Part shown: one piece after another, positions 14,197-25,918 of the stretch
Layout of the letters: each line of letters opens with the position of its first letter
Numbering within the stretch: position 1 is the first letter of the stretch
Origin: Octopus sinensis
Lineage: Eukaryota
Direction of reading: 5' to 3'
Assembly: GCF_006345805.1 (NCBI RefSeq)
Contig: NC_043003.1
Span: forward strand, 55,366,001-55,430,000
DNA: 64,000 nucleotides
Program-made: the position numbers and the translations under genes
Notes under the pieces: model-generated
Databases searched by the model: none
What the model was told of the DNA's origin: nothing
Seen by the model: only the letters and a program-made list of their open reading frames with translations

Positions 14197-14761
14197 CCAA
14201 AATAACACTAATATCAGTATGTTGCTTCATAGGGAATACGCTATGTAATAGACCGCATATCTTTTCGAGTCAGATATATGTTTTTCATTTGTTTCATGTG
14301 ACGAGACTAGAGGGAACATTGGTTCTTGCTAGAACGTTGAGTCATACTAAGTGATGTTTTTGCGCAACATTTGTTACAATAAAATGACGTATACATGTAT
14401 TAAGTCTACATATATAATAAATACTAGAAAAAATAGTTGCGCAGAACATTACTCTTAATCAAAAAATTCGCAACATAAATATGTAAAGCGTGTTAATAAA
14501 TCATCTCTTCCCTCGTGGGCACATCTTTACAGCTGACTAATTGCACATGGATATTTGTCTATATATTTATTTATTCATAAAATACGCTGTATTGGTTGGG
14601 TAGTAATTTTTCTTGCACCAACAGCATTATACAATTGTGTAAATGAGACGTATCAGAGAGTAATTTGTTTACATTTTAGTAAATAGTTTTCTGCTGATAT
14701 CATCGGCTGTTTTGAAGAGATGAGCATTTGTGGTTGAAGATGTAACTCTTATAGACATTAT

Positions 14762-14915
14762 AGGCGTAGGAGTGGCTGTATGGTAAGAAGCTTGCTTCAA
14801 AACAACATGGTTCCGGGTTCAGTCACACTGCGTGGCACCTTGGGAAACTGTCTTCTACTATAGCTTCGAGTCGATCAATGCCATGTGACTGGATTTGGTA
14901 GATGGAAGCCGAAAT
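14762..14915 (+). mobile_element. SINE family A, 5' half
   Basis: ggcgtaggagtggctgtatggtaag...ggatttggtagatggaa. Confidence 0.8.
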
Positions 14916-15153
14916 CTTTTTTATATTCATTATTATTAACGCTTTCGTTCGTTTCTCGAACTTGTCAAATAGAATTTTGTGAATGTACAAACAGCTTGTT
15001 CATTTATATAAAACAGATGTTTTTAGGGGGGTGGGTTAGAAGCGGAGTACATTGTTTTTGTTTGTCTTTTTTGTGGGGGTGGTGAGGTTCCATGACAATG
15101 GAGATAGATAGATAGAAAGATAGGTAGATCAATAGATAGATTGTCAGACAGAC

Positions 15154-15215
<62 letters not shown>

Positions 15216-15460
15216 GTAGAAGAGAGAGGAGGGAAGGGGATCCCCCTTCCTATTCACCATTCATTTATTCATTTCGTCATTTACTATTTTATTGAAATGT
15301 GTTTAAGGATGGTGACCTCTTCAAGAAACAAAAAAAAAACAAGAAACAGGTGTGGTGTGGTGTGGTTATCACTGAAAGTCTTTTTGTTTTCTTTCACTCT
15401 TTTCTCCCTCCTTTTTCCATTTTTTCCCCTCTTTCTTTATTTTCTCCTCTTTGAGTTATA

Positions 15461-15854
15461 TCTTTATATATAAAAGTGAGGTTGTGTGCTGTCTGTCTCC
15501 TACGATTTAGATTCCTAGCTACTTCCACATTTTGCGGTGCAGTTTAACCAAAACCGGGTATCTTATAGTCGTGATTCATATCGAGCCCTTCTGGGTATTA
15601 GCGCGCGTCTACGATGACTCTACGTTTAAAAAAAAAATACCATCAATTTTTCCCATTTTTAATGCATTTTGGCATATATAAGGGAAGCAACTCTCTAAAA
15701 ATTTATTATTAAATCTCAGAACGTAAAAATCTACAGTTAACACCCCCTCTTTGTGGTTAGCCATATTGAGATGGCTATTATACTTTACATCTCTATAAAT
15801 GCTTATATAGTTATTTCCCTTACAAACCCGAGCAACGCTGGGCGATACTGCTAG
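15461..15854 (+). mobile_element. Non-autonomous Helitron (394 bp)
   Basis: A|TC 5' end and CTAG|T 3' end, a GC-rich subterminal hairpin (cccgagcaacgctggg) about 10 nt before CTAG, and no target-site duplication (TSD). Confidence 0.8.
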
Positions 15855-16226
15855 TTTAGAATACAAAATCTCCGCTTTTCTTTCAAGCATTCTATCTTGA
15901 AGAAAACTTTTTTGATGAAATGGAGTTCTATTTCTTTTCGTTATTGCGGATCGTCCCGTGCACATTTGTAAAAGGGCAACATTTTGAATTTTCCGTCACT
16001 GCATATTACCAGATGCTTACTTGATGGAATCTTGCGTAATTCTTCTTGTCCGATATATTGCCTAGGGATTCTTCCACGTTGGTAGAGGGGATTATTTGTT
16101 TCGCCAATGTTTTTGCAGTTTGGACAGGTAATGCAGTATATTCAACACCATATGTATCGTGTGTCTTGTTATTCTAATTTGACGACCTGCTTCACGTGTT
16201 GATATTTGCAGTCCGTGATTAAACAT

Positions 16227-16616
16227 TTATTGCTCTGTTGCTACGTTCTCCGTTCTTCGGGATCTAGTTGGATGGTCACTTCTTGCATCGTTCTCAGAGC
16301 CCATAGTCATAAGCTTTGCATGACAACTTTTTATTCTCTCTGGACGTCGTGAGGCATGCTTGTCTTTCCATGCACGCCAATATCTCTGAACCAAAACAAT
16401 AGAATTCCATACTTCATAGCGTGCTGCTATCTTAGCTCGCTCATCAACAGTCAAAAGACCGGCCATCTGGAAAAAAAAAATACGAAGTAAGAGAATAAAA
16501 AAATAAAAAACCTTCAGTAATGGTGTCTGATTAAGAAAATGTTTTCCTTATGACTTTAGTGATACTACAAATTCTAAAAGCAATTTCTAATGCCTAATTA
16601 TTTTCCACCCACCCCG

Positions 16617-16619
<3 letters not shown>
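16227..16619 (-). mobile_element. Tc1/mariner-superfamily 5' fragment (N-terminal HTH)
   Basis: The terminus TA-CGGGGTG is followed by the ORF MAGLLTVDERAKIAARYEVWNSIVLVQR.WR...L.T.GS..D.RS..P..SR..ENV, which resembles DUF4817-type transposase N-termini. Confidence 0.65.
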
Positions 16620-16697
<78 letters not shown>

Positions 16698-16835
16698 CAT
16701 ATATATATATATATGTATGTATATATGTATATATGTATATATGTATATATATATACATTCATACATACATACATATATATATACATACATACACACTAAC
16801 ATAATTACATATATGTCTTTTTATTTATTACTTAT

Positions 16836-17161
16836 TGGCACTCCGTCGGCCATGACTACGAGGGTTCCATTTAATCCGAACAACGGAACAGCGTTCGTGA
16901 AATTTACGTGCAAGTGATTGAGCACTCCATTGAAACGTGTGCCATTTAAATAATTCGCATGGAGATTCAGTCTGACAGAGATGGTGACAAGGTTGGCCCA
17001 TTGAATTACGAGTACAACTCATTATTAGCAGCTGAGTGAACTGGGCCAGAAACGTGAAGTAAAGTGTCTTTGCTCAGGGACACAACGGGCCACCGGGAAT
17101 TGATCTCACGGTATTAAGATCGTGACTGGAACTAGCTAACAACCAAGTCCCGCACCTTCAC
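16836..17161 (-). mobile_element. SINE group C
   Basis: Same organisation as 4108-4430. Confidence 0.8.
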
Positions 17162-17234
17162 GTTATACATGCATATATACATGCATATATGTGCGTATGT
17201 GTATGTATGTATGTGTGTATGTGTGTATGTGTAT

Positions 17235-17242
17235 ATATATAT

Positions 17243-17287
<45 letters not shown>

Positions 17288-18489
17288 GTAGTTTAATGAA
17301 TGGCAATCAAGCTTTGTGTGCTTCCTACGGAATAATGATTAATACTCGCAGATGACCCTAGTTTAGCATATCAGCTGTATTGAGGGCAAGAGAGTGGTGA
17401 AAGCATAGTAAAAATCTAGACCACAAGCATCAGGAGATTCTTTATCATTTTCCTCTGCACTCCTGGAGCAAGTGGTTCTCTGAAAGTATGCGGAATCTGC
17501 AATGTTCTCCAGACATGAGACACACGGTTAGCGTCTTGTAATGTGGCTTGTATTGATAAATTATTTTCTAAGATATTAATATTTATTCTTCGCACATAAT
17601 ATATTGATTTCGTGCAAACAAAAGCTGTATGTAAGCCCTTTTATGCAAGATCTATAATTGTTAACATATATTGAACATCAACATTTGTGATATTCATTTG
17701 AAATCTTCACAATTTTCTGTAAATGTTGTCGAGTTCCATATCGAATCACAAGATATGATTTATCTAAGAAGCTGAGTCCTGCACTATTTTCTGAATAGCA
17801 CACCTAAGGAAACTATTATCTTGAATTTCAAGATAATCAGCATTGGGGCCCGCTTATCGAAGAGCCATGACTAGTGGATTTAACTTCACAAGAATTGTTG
17901 CCAATGCTTTATAAAGTCACAACAGGAACAGCAGCAGCAGTGACCGCAACTAGAACAACAACAGTAACAATATACTATAAAGAAACACCCAACAACGAAG
18001 AGTTTGGAGACATCCTATGGAGTCGTAGGAACATTCAATATTCCCTTAAGGAAGGATAGAACAGAATAAGCCGTCTTAAACACACTATGCCTCAGTGAAA
18101 TACGGTATTTTGAAATTAGGTTCTAAAAGTTAGCAAAACAGATATATTAAGTTATCGTATAACAACTTGTGACAAACTAGAGCTGAAATATGGATTTTTT
18201 GCGTAATTATTCATACATTTTAGGAGATATATGTATTTAAGTGTAATGTATGTATTTGGAATTTAGAAGCGTGACAAAAGAAAAGTAGTGAGTTCAGAAA
18301 GAAGTGTATATTAAACTCATTACCTTGTAGTTTGTTTATTATATTAAAACAGACGAAAACGACTCTCTAAATTCATCTAGAGATGGGATTTTCTGTATGA
18401 CATTAGAATTATCTATCTATTATCTGCCTACCTACCTACCTGTCTGTCTGTCTGTCTATCTATCTATGTCCTATCAATCTATGAATAAT

Positions 18490-18533
<44 letters not shown>

Positions 18534-19806
18534 ACACACACACACACACATATATATATTATATATATATATATATAATATATATATATATTTATGTAGT
18601 TTAATGAATGGCAATCAAGCTTTGTGTGCTTCCTACGGAATAATGATTAGATACTCGCAGATGACCCTAGTTTAGCATATCAGCTGTATTGAGGGCAAGA
18701 GAGTGGTGAAAGCATAGTAAAAATCTAGACCACAAGCATCAGGAGATTCTTTATCATTTTCCTCTGCACTCCTGGAGCAAGTGGTTCTCTGAAAGTATGC
18801 GGAATCTGCAATGTTCTCCAGACATGAGACACACGGTTAGCGTCTTGTAATGTGGCTTGTATTGATAAATATTATTTTCTAAGATATTAATATTTATTCT
18901 TCGCACATAATATATTGATTTCGTGCAAACAAAAGCTGTATGTAAAGCCCTTTTATGCAAGATCTATAATTGTTAACATATATTGAACATCAACATTTGT
19001 GATATTCATTTGAAATCTTCACAATTTTCTGTAAATGTTGTCGAGTTCCATATCGAATCACAAGATATGATTTATCTAAGAAGCTGAGTCCTGCACTATT
19101 TTCTGAATAGCACACCTAAGGAAACTATTATCTTGAATTTCAAGATAATCAGCATTGGGGCCCGCTTATCGAAGAGCCATGACTAGTGGATTTAACTTCA
19201 CAAGAATTGTTGCCAATGCTTTATAAAGTCACAACAGGAACAGCAGCAGCAGTGACCGCAACTAGAACAACAACAGTAACAATATACTATAAAGAAACAC
19301 CCAACAACGAAGAGTTTGGAGACATCCTATGGAGTCGTAGGAACATTCAATATTCCCTTAAGGGAAGGATAGAACAGAATAAAGCCGTCTTAAACACACT
19401 ATGCCTCAGTGAAATACGGTATTTTGAAATTAGGTTCTAAAAGTTAGCAAAACAGATATATTAAGTTATCGTATAACAACTTGTGACAAACTAGAGCTGA
19501 AATATGGATTTTTTGCGTAATTATATCATACATTTTAGGAGATTATATGTATTTAAGTGTAATGTATGTATTTGGAATTTAGAAGCGTGACAAAAGAAAA
19601 GTAGTGAGTTCAGAAAGAAGTGTATATTAAACTCATTACCTTGTAGTTTGTTTATTATATTAAAACAGACGAAAACGACTCTCTAAATTCATCTAGAGAT
19701 GGGATTTTCTGTATGACATTAGAATTATCTATCTATTTATCTGCCTACCTACCTACCTGTCTGTCTGTCTGTCTATCTATCTATGTCCTATCAATCTATG
19801 AATAAT

Positions 19807-19878
<72 letters not shown>

Positions 19879-19880
19879 AT
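17235..19880. repeat. Tandem duplication of a ~1.31 kb unit, two copies
   Basis: The sequence starting tttatgtagtttaatgaatggc occurs at 17282 and again at about 18590, and runs near-identically to the (CA)n. Confidence 0.95.
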
Positions 19881-19885
19881 ATATA

Positions 19886-20133
19886 TGCGCCCTTTTAAAG
19901 CCTAGACAGGCACATGGGCCCGGTTTCCCGGTTTCAATGACATACGTGTTCCTCAGCTGGACGGGACGCCAGTCCAGCACAGCGGTACTCATTTTTGCCA
20001 GCTGAGTGGACTGGAGCAACGTGAAATGAAATATTTTGCTCAAGAACACACCGCGCCGCCCGGTCCAGGTATCGAAACCACAATCTTACGATCATGATGC
20101 TAACAACCTAACCACCAAGCCACGCGCCTCCAC
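19886..20133 (-). mobile_element. SINE group C
   Basis: Head tggcttggtgg / gtttcgatacc, core cacgttgctccagtccactcagctgg, tail shared with 1463-1560. Confidence 0.8.
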
Positions 20134-20143
20134 ACACACACGC

Positions 20144-20189
<46 letters not shown>

Positions 20190-20193
<4 letters not shown>

Positions 20194-20405
20194 GCGTGTG
20201 GGTGTCTGAGTTTGTCCCCACCATCATCGCTTGACAAACGATGTTGGTGTGTTTACGTACCCGTAACATAGTGGTTCGGCAAAGACCCGACAGAAGAAGT
20301 TCTAGGCTTACAAAGAATAAGTTCTGGGGTAGATTTCTTCGACTAAGGGTGGTGCTCCAGCATGACTTCAGTCAGATTACTGAAACAAATAAATGAATAA
20401 CAGAA
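20190..20405 (+). mobile_element. SINE family A, 3' half
   Basis: tttgtccccaccatcatcgcttgac...ggtgctccagcatg...ctgaaacaa. Confidence 0.75.
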
Positions 20406-20562
20406 TATATATTATATCACCCCACCACCGTACATGTCTCTACGAGAGATTTAGAAATTCAATATTTCTTATTTTGATAATCAGTGAATAGACTTCACTG
20501 AATATAGATATATACAAATACGAAGTCGAGGCAAATATCACCGGCTGACCGGTGTCTGCTAC

Positions 20563-20607
20563 TCTAGGCCGATGAAGGACAACGATCCTGAAACACGTGT
20601 CCCTAGA
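20563..20607 (+). ncRNA. Minimal type I hammerhead motif (U4C variant)
   Basis: tctagg-CCGATGA-agga-caacga-tcct-GAAA-cacgtg-TC-cctaga. Confidence 0.75.
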
Positions 20608-20776
20608 TGCAGTTCTTGCAGCCGGGGGTGTTTGTCTCCCCTTCGTAAATGTATATAAGGACACAGGGAAAAATGTGTCAAAGCCATCAGGAGGCGTTCG
20701 ATGCTTCATAGGGCTATATAGCGGTGGTGTACCCCCTACTGTCACGTTCTTGTTAGATTGACATTATACAACCAGA

Positions 20777-20809
<33 letters not shown>

Positions 20810-21334
20810 CACACACAGAAACATATACATGAATATATATTTATGTAAAATAACTCTACATATATACATATAAATATATACACACGTACATATGAGTTTG
20901 TGTGGGATCATGCCTGCGTCCGCCTATGTGTGTGCAAGCATGTGTATGTATGTATTTTTCAATGATGTTATTGTGTGTGTTGTTGATTTTTTGGCAGCTT
21001 CGACCACCAAGATTTGAACTGTATATAATTGTGATGTGAATGTTAGTAGTAATAACAACAGAAGAATACATTGAAACTGAGAGGTGCCAGCTACCCGTTA
21101 TATCTTTATAATGTAAAAACATATCCCGCACATCATTCATTATTCTCAGGTTTGTGTCCCTTGACAGTTAAATTGACGATTAAACGGATCTCAGAAAACA
21201 TATCTAATTCTCATCATAGCTCTCCACAAATTAATAGAAAATGTGGAAAGAATTTGAATATAATATTGATAAATAGCAATTTTCTGAAAGAAAGACATAC
21301 ACATACGCAATGGGTCGTTAAAATCTTCAGGTTT

Positions 21335-21482
21335 TTATCATTCTCTCTCTGTTTATTGTCTCTTAATCCTTTCTGTTGATGAGCATATGCTCTCGAAACA
21401 TAAAAGACTTTTTCATATTCCCTTGCGTCAAACTAATACACTTGTTTGTCTTCGTCTTTTGTTTTCTATAAATTTCATCTTT
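21335..21482 (+). mobile_element. Diverged solo PLE 3' tail
   Basis: ttctgttgatgagcatatgctctcgaaacataaaagactttttc...gtcttcgtcttttg. Confidence 0.65.
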
Positions 21483-22217
21483 ATATAATTTGGTCTGTTA
21501 TAAGGTAGGCCACCTCAGTTCAGCGATTCTGGCTTGAATGTCAACAAGCGCCATTTTAAGGAATTTTTTTTGTTTGCTGTAACCTCCGCTTAAACCAAAA
21601 TCAAAAGGCGTGCACCATTGGTTAGGCACTCATGTTTGCAAGATGTTAGTTTCGACTCGCGGACTGAGCGGTGCATTGTACACTTACGCAAAATACTTCA
21701 ATTCACGTTGCCTTACTCCATTCAGCAATAAATGTGTTACTCTGCGATGAAACGGAGACCTACTCGGGGACGATGTTGCGATTCATTTCACGTATTCGCC
21801 ATGGGAACAAGGTATATACACCTATGAATCTTGTGACACGAGACAGTAATGATTAGGGAATTAATGTTGATTATGACGAGTTTAATCCAAGCGTTGTGAA
21901 TAAAACTGGAAAGCTAGAAACTGTGAGGAAGCCTCTAAGATAGCTGTAACACAATAAATATACTGTGCCGTGAATTTCACATGTTCCCACGTCTAATGTA
22001 ACTAATTGCTTTAGTGTTTTTAGTAGTTCTTTAGAGTCAGTAGAACCGCATTCATGAATAATGCATTTATCATGTCTGTCTTCTCTCCAATATAACGTCA
22101 GTGGTATAGAAAGCCCCATTATATATATAATATATATATATATATAATATAATATATATATGTGTGTGTGTGTGTGGTGTGTGTGTGTGTGTTGTGCATG
22201 TATATATATTTATATCT

Positions 22218-22251
<34 letters not shown>

Positions 22252-22264
22252 ATCTATCTATCTA

Positions 22265-22300
<36 letters not shown>

Positions 22301-22359
22301 TCTCTCTCTCTCTTCTATATATATATATATATAAAATATATATATATATATAGATATAT

Positions 22360-22525
22360 ATCGTTAGGCACTATACACATTTTTTCCCCTTGTTTTTTAT
22401 GTGCCCCTTTCTGTAGAAGAGCATAGGCTCGAAACGTAAAAGGCTTTTTCTATTCCTGAGCGTTATACTAATACATCTGTTTGTTTTGTTCACCACCTGC
22501 CTTCGTCTTTCGTAAACTCTGCCAA
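22360..22525 (+). mobile_element. Solo PLE 3' tail (pseudo-LTR) in (TA)n
   Basis: Matches 9430-9597 (ttctgtagaagagcataggctcgaaacgtaaaag...cacctgccttcgtcttt). Confidence 0.75.
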
Positions 22526-22871
22526 TATATATATATATATATATATTATATATTATACATATGTACAGACGTGAAAATATGTACACATATGCACAGAATA
22601 TATAAATATGTATGATTGCGCACACAGACATACACATATATATACGCTCACAAAGAGGTGCATATTATACCCTGAATTTTAGTATATATTTTGACTATTT
22701 AATTATGTTTGCTGGCTGGCCACTGTATCATTATTTTTTTAAAGATAATGATTATTAATTTGAATTTTGAATTTAGACTTGCTCGCAAATGTTAGTTTGG
22801 AAGACGCGAGGCCTTCAGCTGAACAGATGCGCATGAAATGATAAATACATTTTTAAAAACAGTTTCTGTAG

Positions 22872-22937
22872 TATGCCTAGCTGAAGAGCTTTAATGCCAA
22901 TGCGGCAAAGAAAGTGAAATCAATTGATACTGGAATA
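22872..22937 (+). ncRNA. Type I hammerhead motif
   Basis: ctag-CTGAAGA-gcttt[..]aaagt-GAAA-tcaattga-TA-ctgg, with a palindromic stem III. Confidence 0.75.
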
Positions 22938-23240
22938 GCTCCCTCCTCTTCGTCTCTTTGCAAATGGGAATGACTGGTTTTTCTTTTAGCATATTTGCTA
23001 CATTCTCCGTGCGTATTTACTTATAGTGAGAGATACTTGGCTTTGGAGAGTTTTAACTCTTCTTGCTAGCAAACAGGTGCGACTTTTAGTATATATTTTG
23101 CATATTTGGTTATGTTTGTCGGCCACTGTATCATTATTTTTTAAAGATAATGATAACTTATTTGAATTTTGTATTCAAATCTATATATAGGTGTGTGTGT
23201 ATGTGTACATACATACATGCATACATACATACATACGTAG

Positions 23241-23286
<46 letters not shown>

Positions 23287-24098
23287 GGGGGGTAGATTGG
23301 TAGATAGATTGATAGATAGTTACATACATACATAAATACATACTACATGCTTATCTACATATAAATACATGTACATATATATGCATCTATGCGTGTATGT
23401 GTGTATTAATACACGAAGGAAGACTTTTGGTTTTACGTTAATTAAAATGTAAAATCGTCTTATCTGTAATAGCTCATTCGTCTCGAAAGCAGCATTGTGT
23501 CTCAATTAAACATGACAGCAGAATATCCAACCAAAAAGTACTTAACTAAAACATACAAAAACATTAAAAGACTCTTCGCAAGTGAAGTTATTTCCAAACG
23601 TATATCAATTACGTTGTGAATTTCGTTGTTATGATTACTATCTCGAAATAAATTTGTTTCGTCTTAAATTTGAATATTTCGAAAAGATTCAAGAAATTCT
23701 ATTATGAGTTATATTCTATTTATCTTTATTTTTCATTACTCTTTATCATTCATATATTTTTCACATACAATATGCCAACTCTGCAAACTGTCATCTCAAG
23801 CCAATGCTAGAAGTAGCAGTGTTTTTCACCATAAATCACCTTCCACGCGTTTAAGCAACGAAGGAATCCTTAGGAAATTCATTTCTAAATACACTTAAAG
23901 TGACGTGATGCTCACAGTTGAAAATTTGTCTTGGGTTACTCAACTACTCCTTTAACTGACATGACGCTCATAGTTCAAAATTTATCTTAGGTTAATCAAC
24001 TACTTCTGTAACTGTCATTGTGATAGCGATTTCCTTTCACAGATTCATAGTTCTTGTGTATGATTTCCCTTCACACTCTACTCAAGAAAATGAAACTT

Positions 24099-24515
24099 AG
24101 CGCAGGAGTGGCTGTGTGGTAAGTAGCTTGTTTACCAACCACATGGTTCCGGGTTCAGTCCCACTGCATGGCACCTTGGGCAAGTGTCTTCTACTATAGC
24201 CTCGGGCCGACCAATGCCTTGCGAGTGGATTTGGTAGACGGAAACTGAAAGAAGCCCGTCGTATATATGTATATATATATATATATGTGCGTGTGTGTGT
24301 TTGTGTGTCTATGTTTGTCCCCCTAGCATTGCTTGGCAACCGATGCTGGTGTGTTTATGTCCCCGTTACATAGCGGTTCGGCAAAAGAGACCGATAGAAT
24401 AAGTACTGGGCTTACAAAAGAATAAGTCCCGGGGTCGAATTGCTCGATTAAAGGCGATGCTCCAGCATGACCGCAGTCAAAATGACTAAAACAAGTAAAA
24501 GAGTAAAAGAGTAGA
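24099..24515 (+). mobile_element. SINE family A, full-length
   Basis: Complete head, internal (TA)/(TG) tract and (gtaaaaga)n tail. Confidence 0.9.
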
Positions 24516-24671
24516 GTAAAGTGTTAGCCTTTTATATTGATAAAGTAATTCCTAACAAACAATCGAGTTTAATTTATCAACTATTTCCTCTCCTTAAAAT
24601 TTTTTCCGTAAATAATATCTATTTTCGAGTCAAATATTATACCTTTTATTATTAACATGTTACTGACCATC

Positions 24672-24858
24672 TAAGGCGGTGAGCTAGCAGTATCGTTGCT
24701 TAGCGGTATTTCATCTGTCTTTACGTACTGACTTCAAAGTCCACTGTGGTCGACTTTACCTTTCATCCTTCCGGCGTCGATAACATAAGTACCAGATAAG
24801 CACTGGAATGAATATAATCGACTCAACTGCTGGCCTTGTGCCAATATTTGAAACCAAA
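24672..24858 (+). mobile_element. SINE family B
   Basis: aaggcggtgagctagcag...ggccttgtgcca. Confidence 0.75.
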
Positions 24859-25865
24859 TTGATTCTCCCTCTGCATATCTCTTACAATTTCTCATTTTAA
24901 TAAGAAGTGTTACAGCCATGCTGATACAGTCTCTTATATATCTTATCTGTCCGATTATATATTTCAGTTTGTATTTTCCTTTGAGGTTGCAGTAACAGGG
25001 ATCTTTAGAATGATTTCACTGGTGTTTCTAGCAAAACCTGCGAGTAACAACGAAAGCCATACGTTTGTGTTATTCCACATATTTCACAATGAAAGCAATT
25101 TTTCTCAGTGGCACCATGCTTTTTCTGCATTTTATTGCTTGAATTTGATGAGATAACTTCTTGAAATGGTTATCAACTTCTTTGTTGATATGGCCTAGGA
25201 TGCCGATAACAATTGGTGGCACTCTCTGTTTATTTGCATTTCTGCATTATTCCTTTACTTTTCTGTGAATTCCAGTCTGTAATATCTTTTGTAGTCTAAT
25301 AGCTTTGCTATTTCCTTTACAGGAATTTTATTGTCAGCTGGACGTGACATATATCGATCGATGTACAGCAATTATCATGCTTAAATTTTTAGTGACACTT
25401 ATCACTGGCATCGTTTTTGCCATCACCATCATCGTCTTATCGAAACTACCGTCTGTATCATCACCAGCATCGTCGTCGTTGTCGACGCCGTCGTTGTTAA
25501 CTTCAGCGGTGATGGCGCTGTAGTTATAATCGTCGTGCTCTCACCCCTCACTTCACCATGACATCATCATTACCATCACCAGTGTCATTTATATATCACC
25601 GTTCTTTTACTCCGACATCATCAGTGATATCACAATTATTTTCTTTGACATCATCAGCAAAATGATACGTCTAATATTTAATTTTACAGATGATAATATA
25701 TAATTAAATTCAATAATCATGATATATAATAGTAGTATTACTCATAATTATTTTCAACGATTTTAAATTCTGTACATTTTATGAGCGTAACAGCATCAGC
25801 ACCACCAACATCAGCAATAGCAAGAGCAGTAGTTGCAGCAGTAGTGGTAGTAGTTGCAGCAGCAA

Positions 25866-25918
<53 letters not shown>

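Noticed and set aside
17874-19440. Duplicated short ORF MDLTSQELL...
   Set aside because: GTG start, low-complexity content, no recognisable domain; it recurs only because of the duplication.
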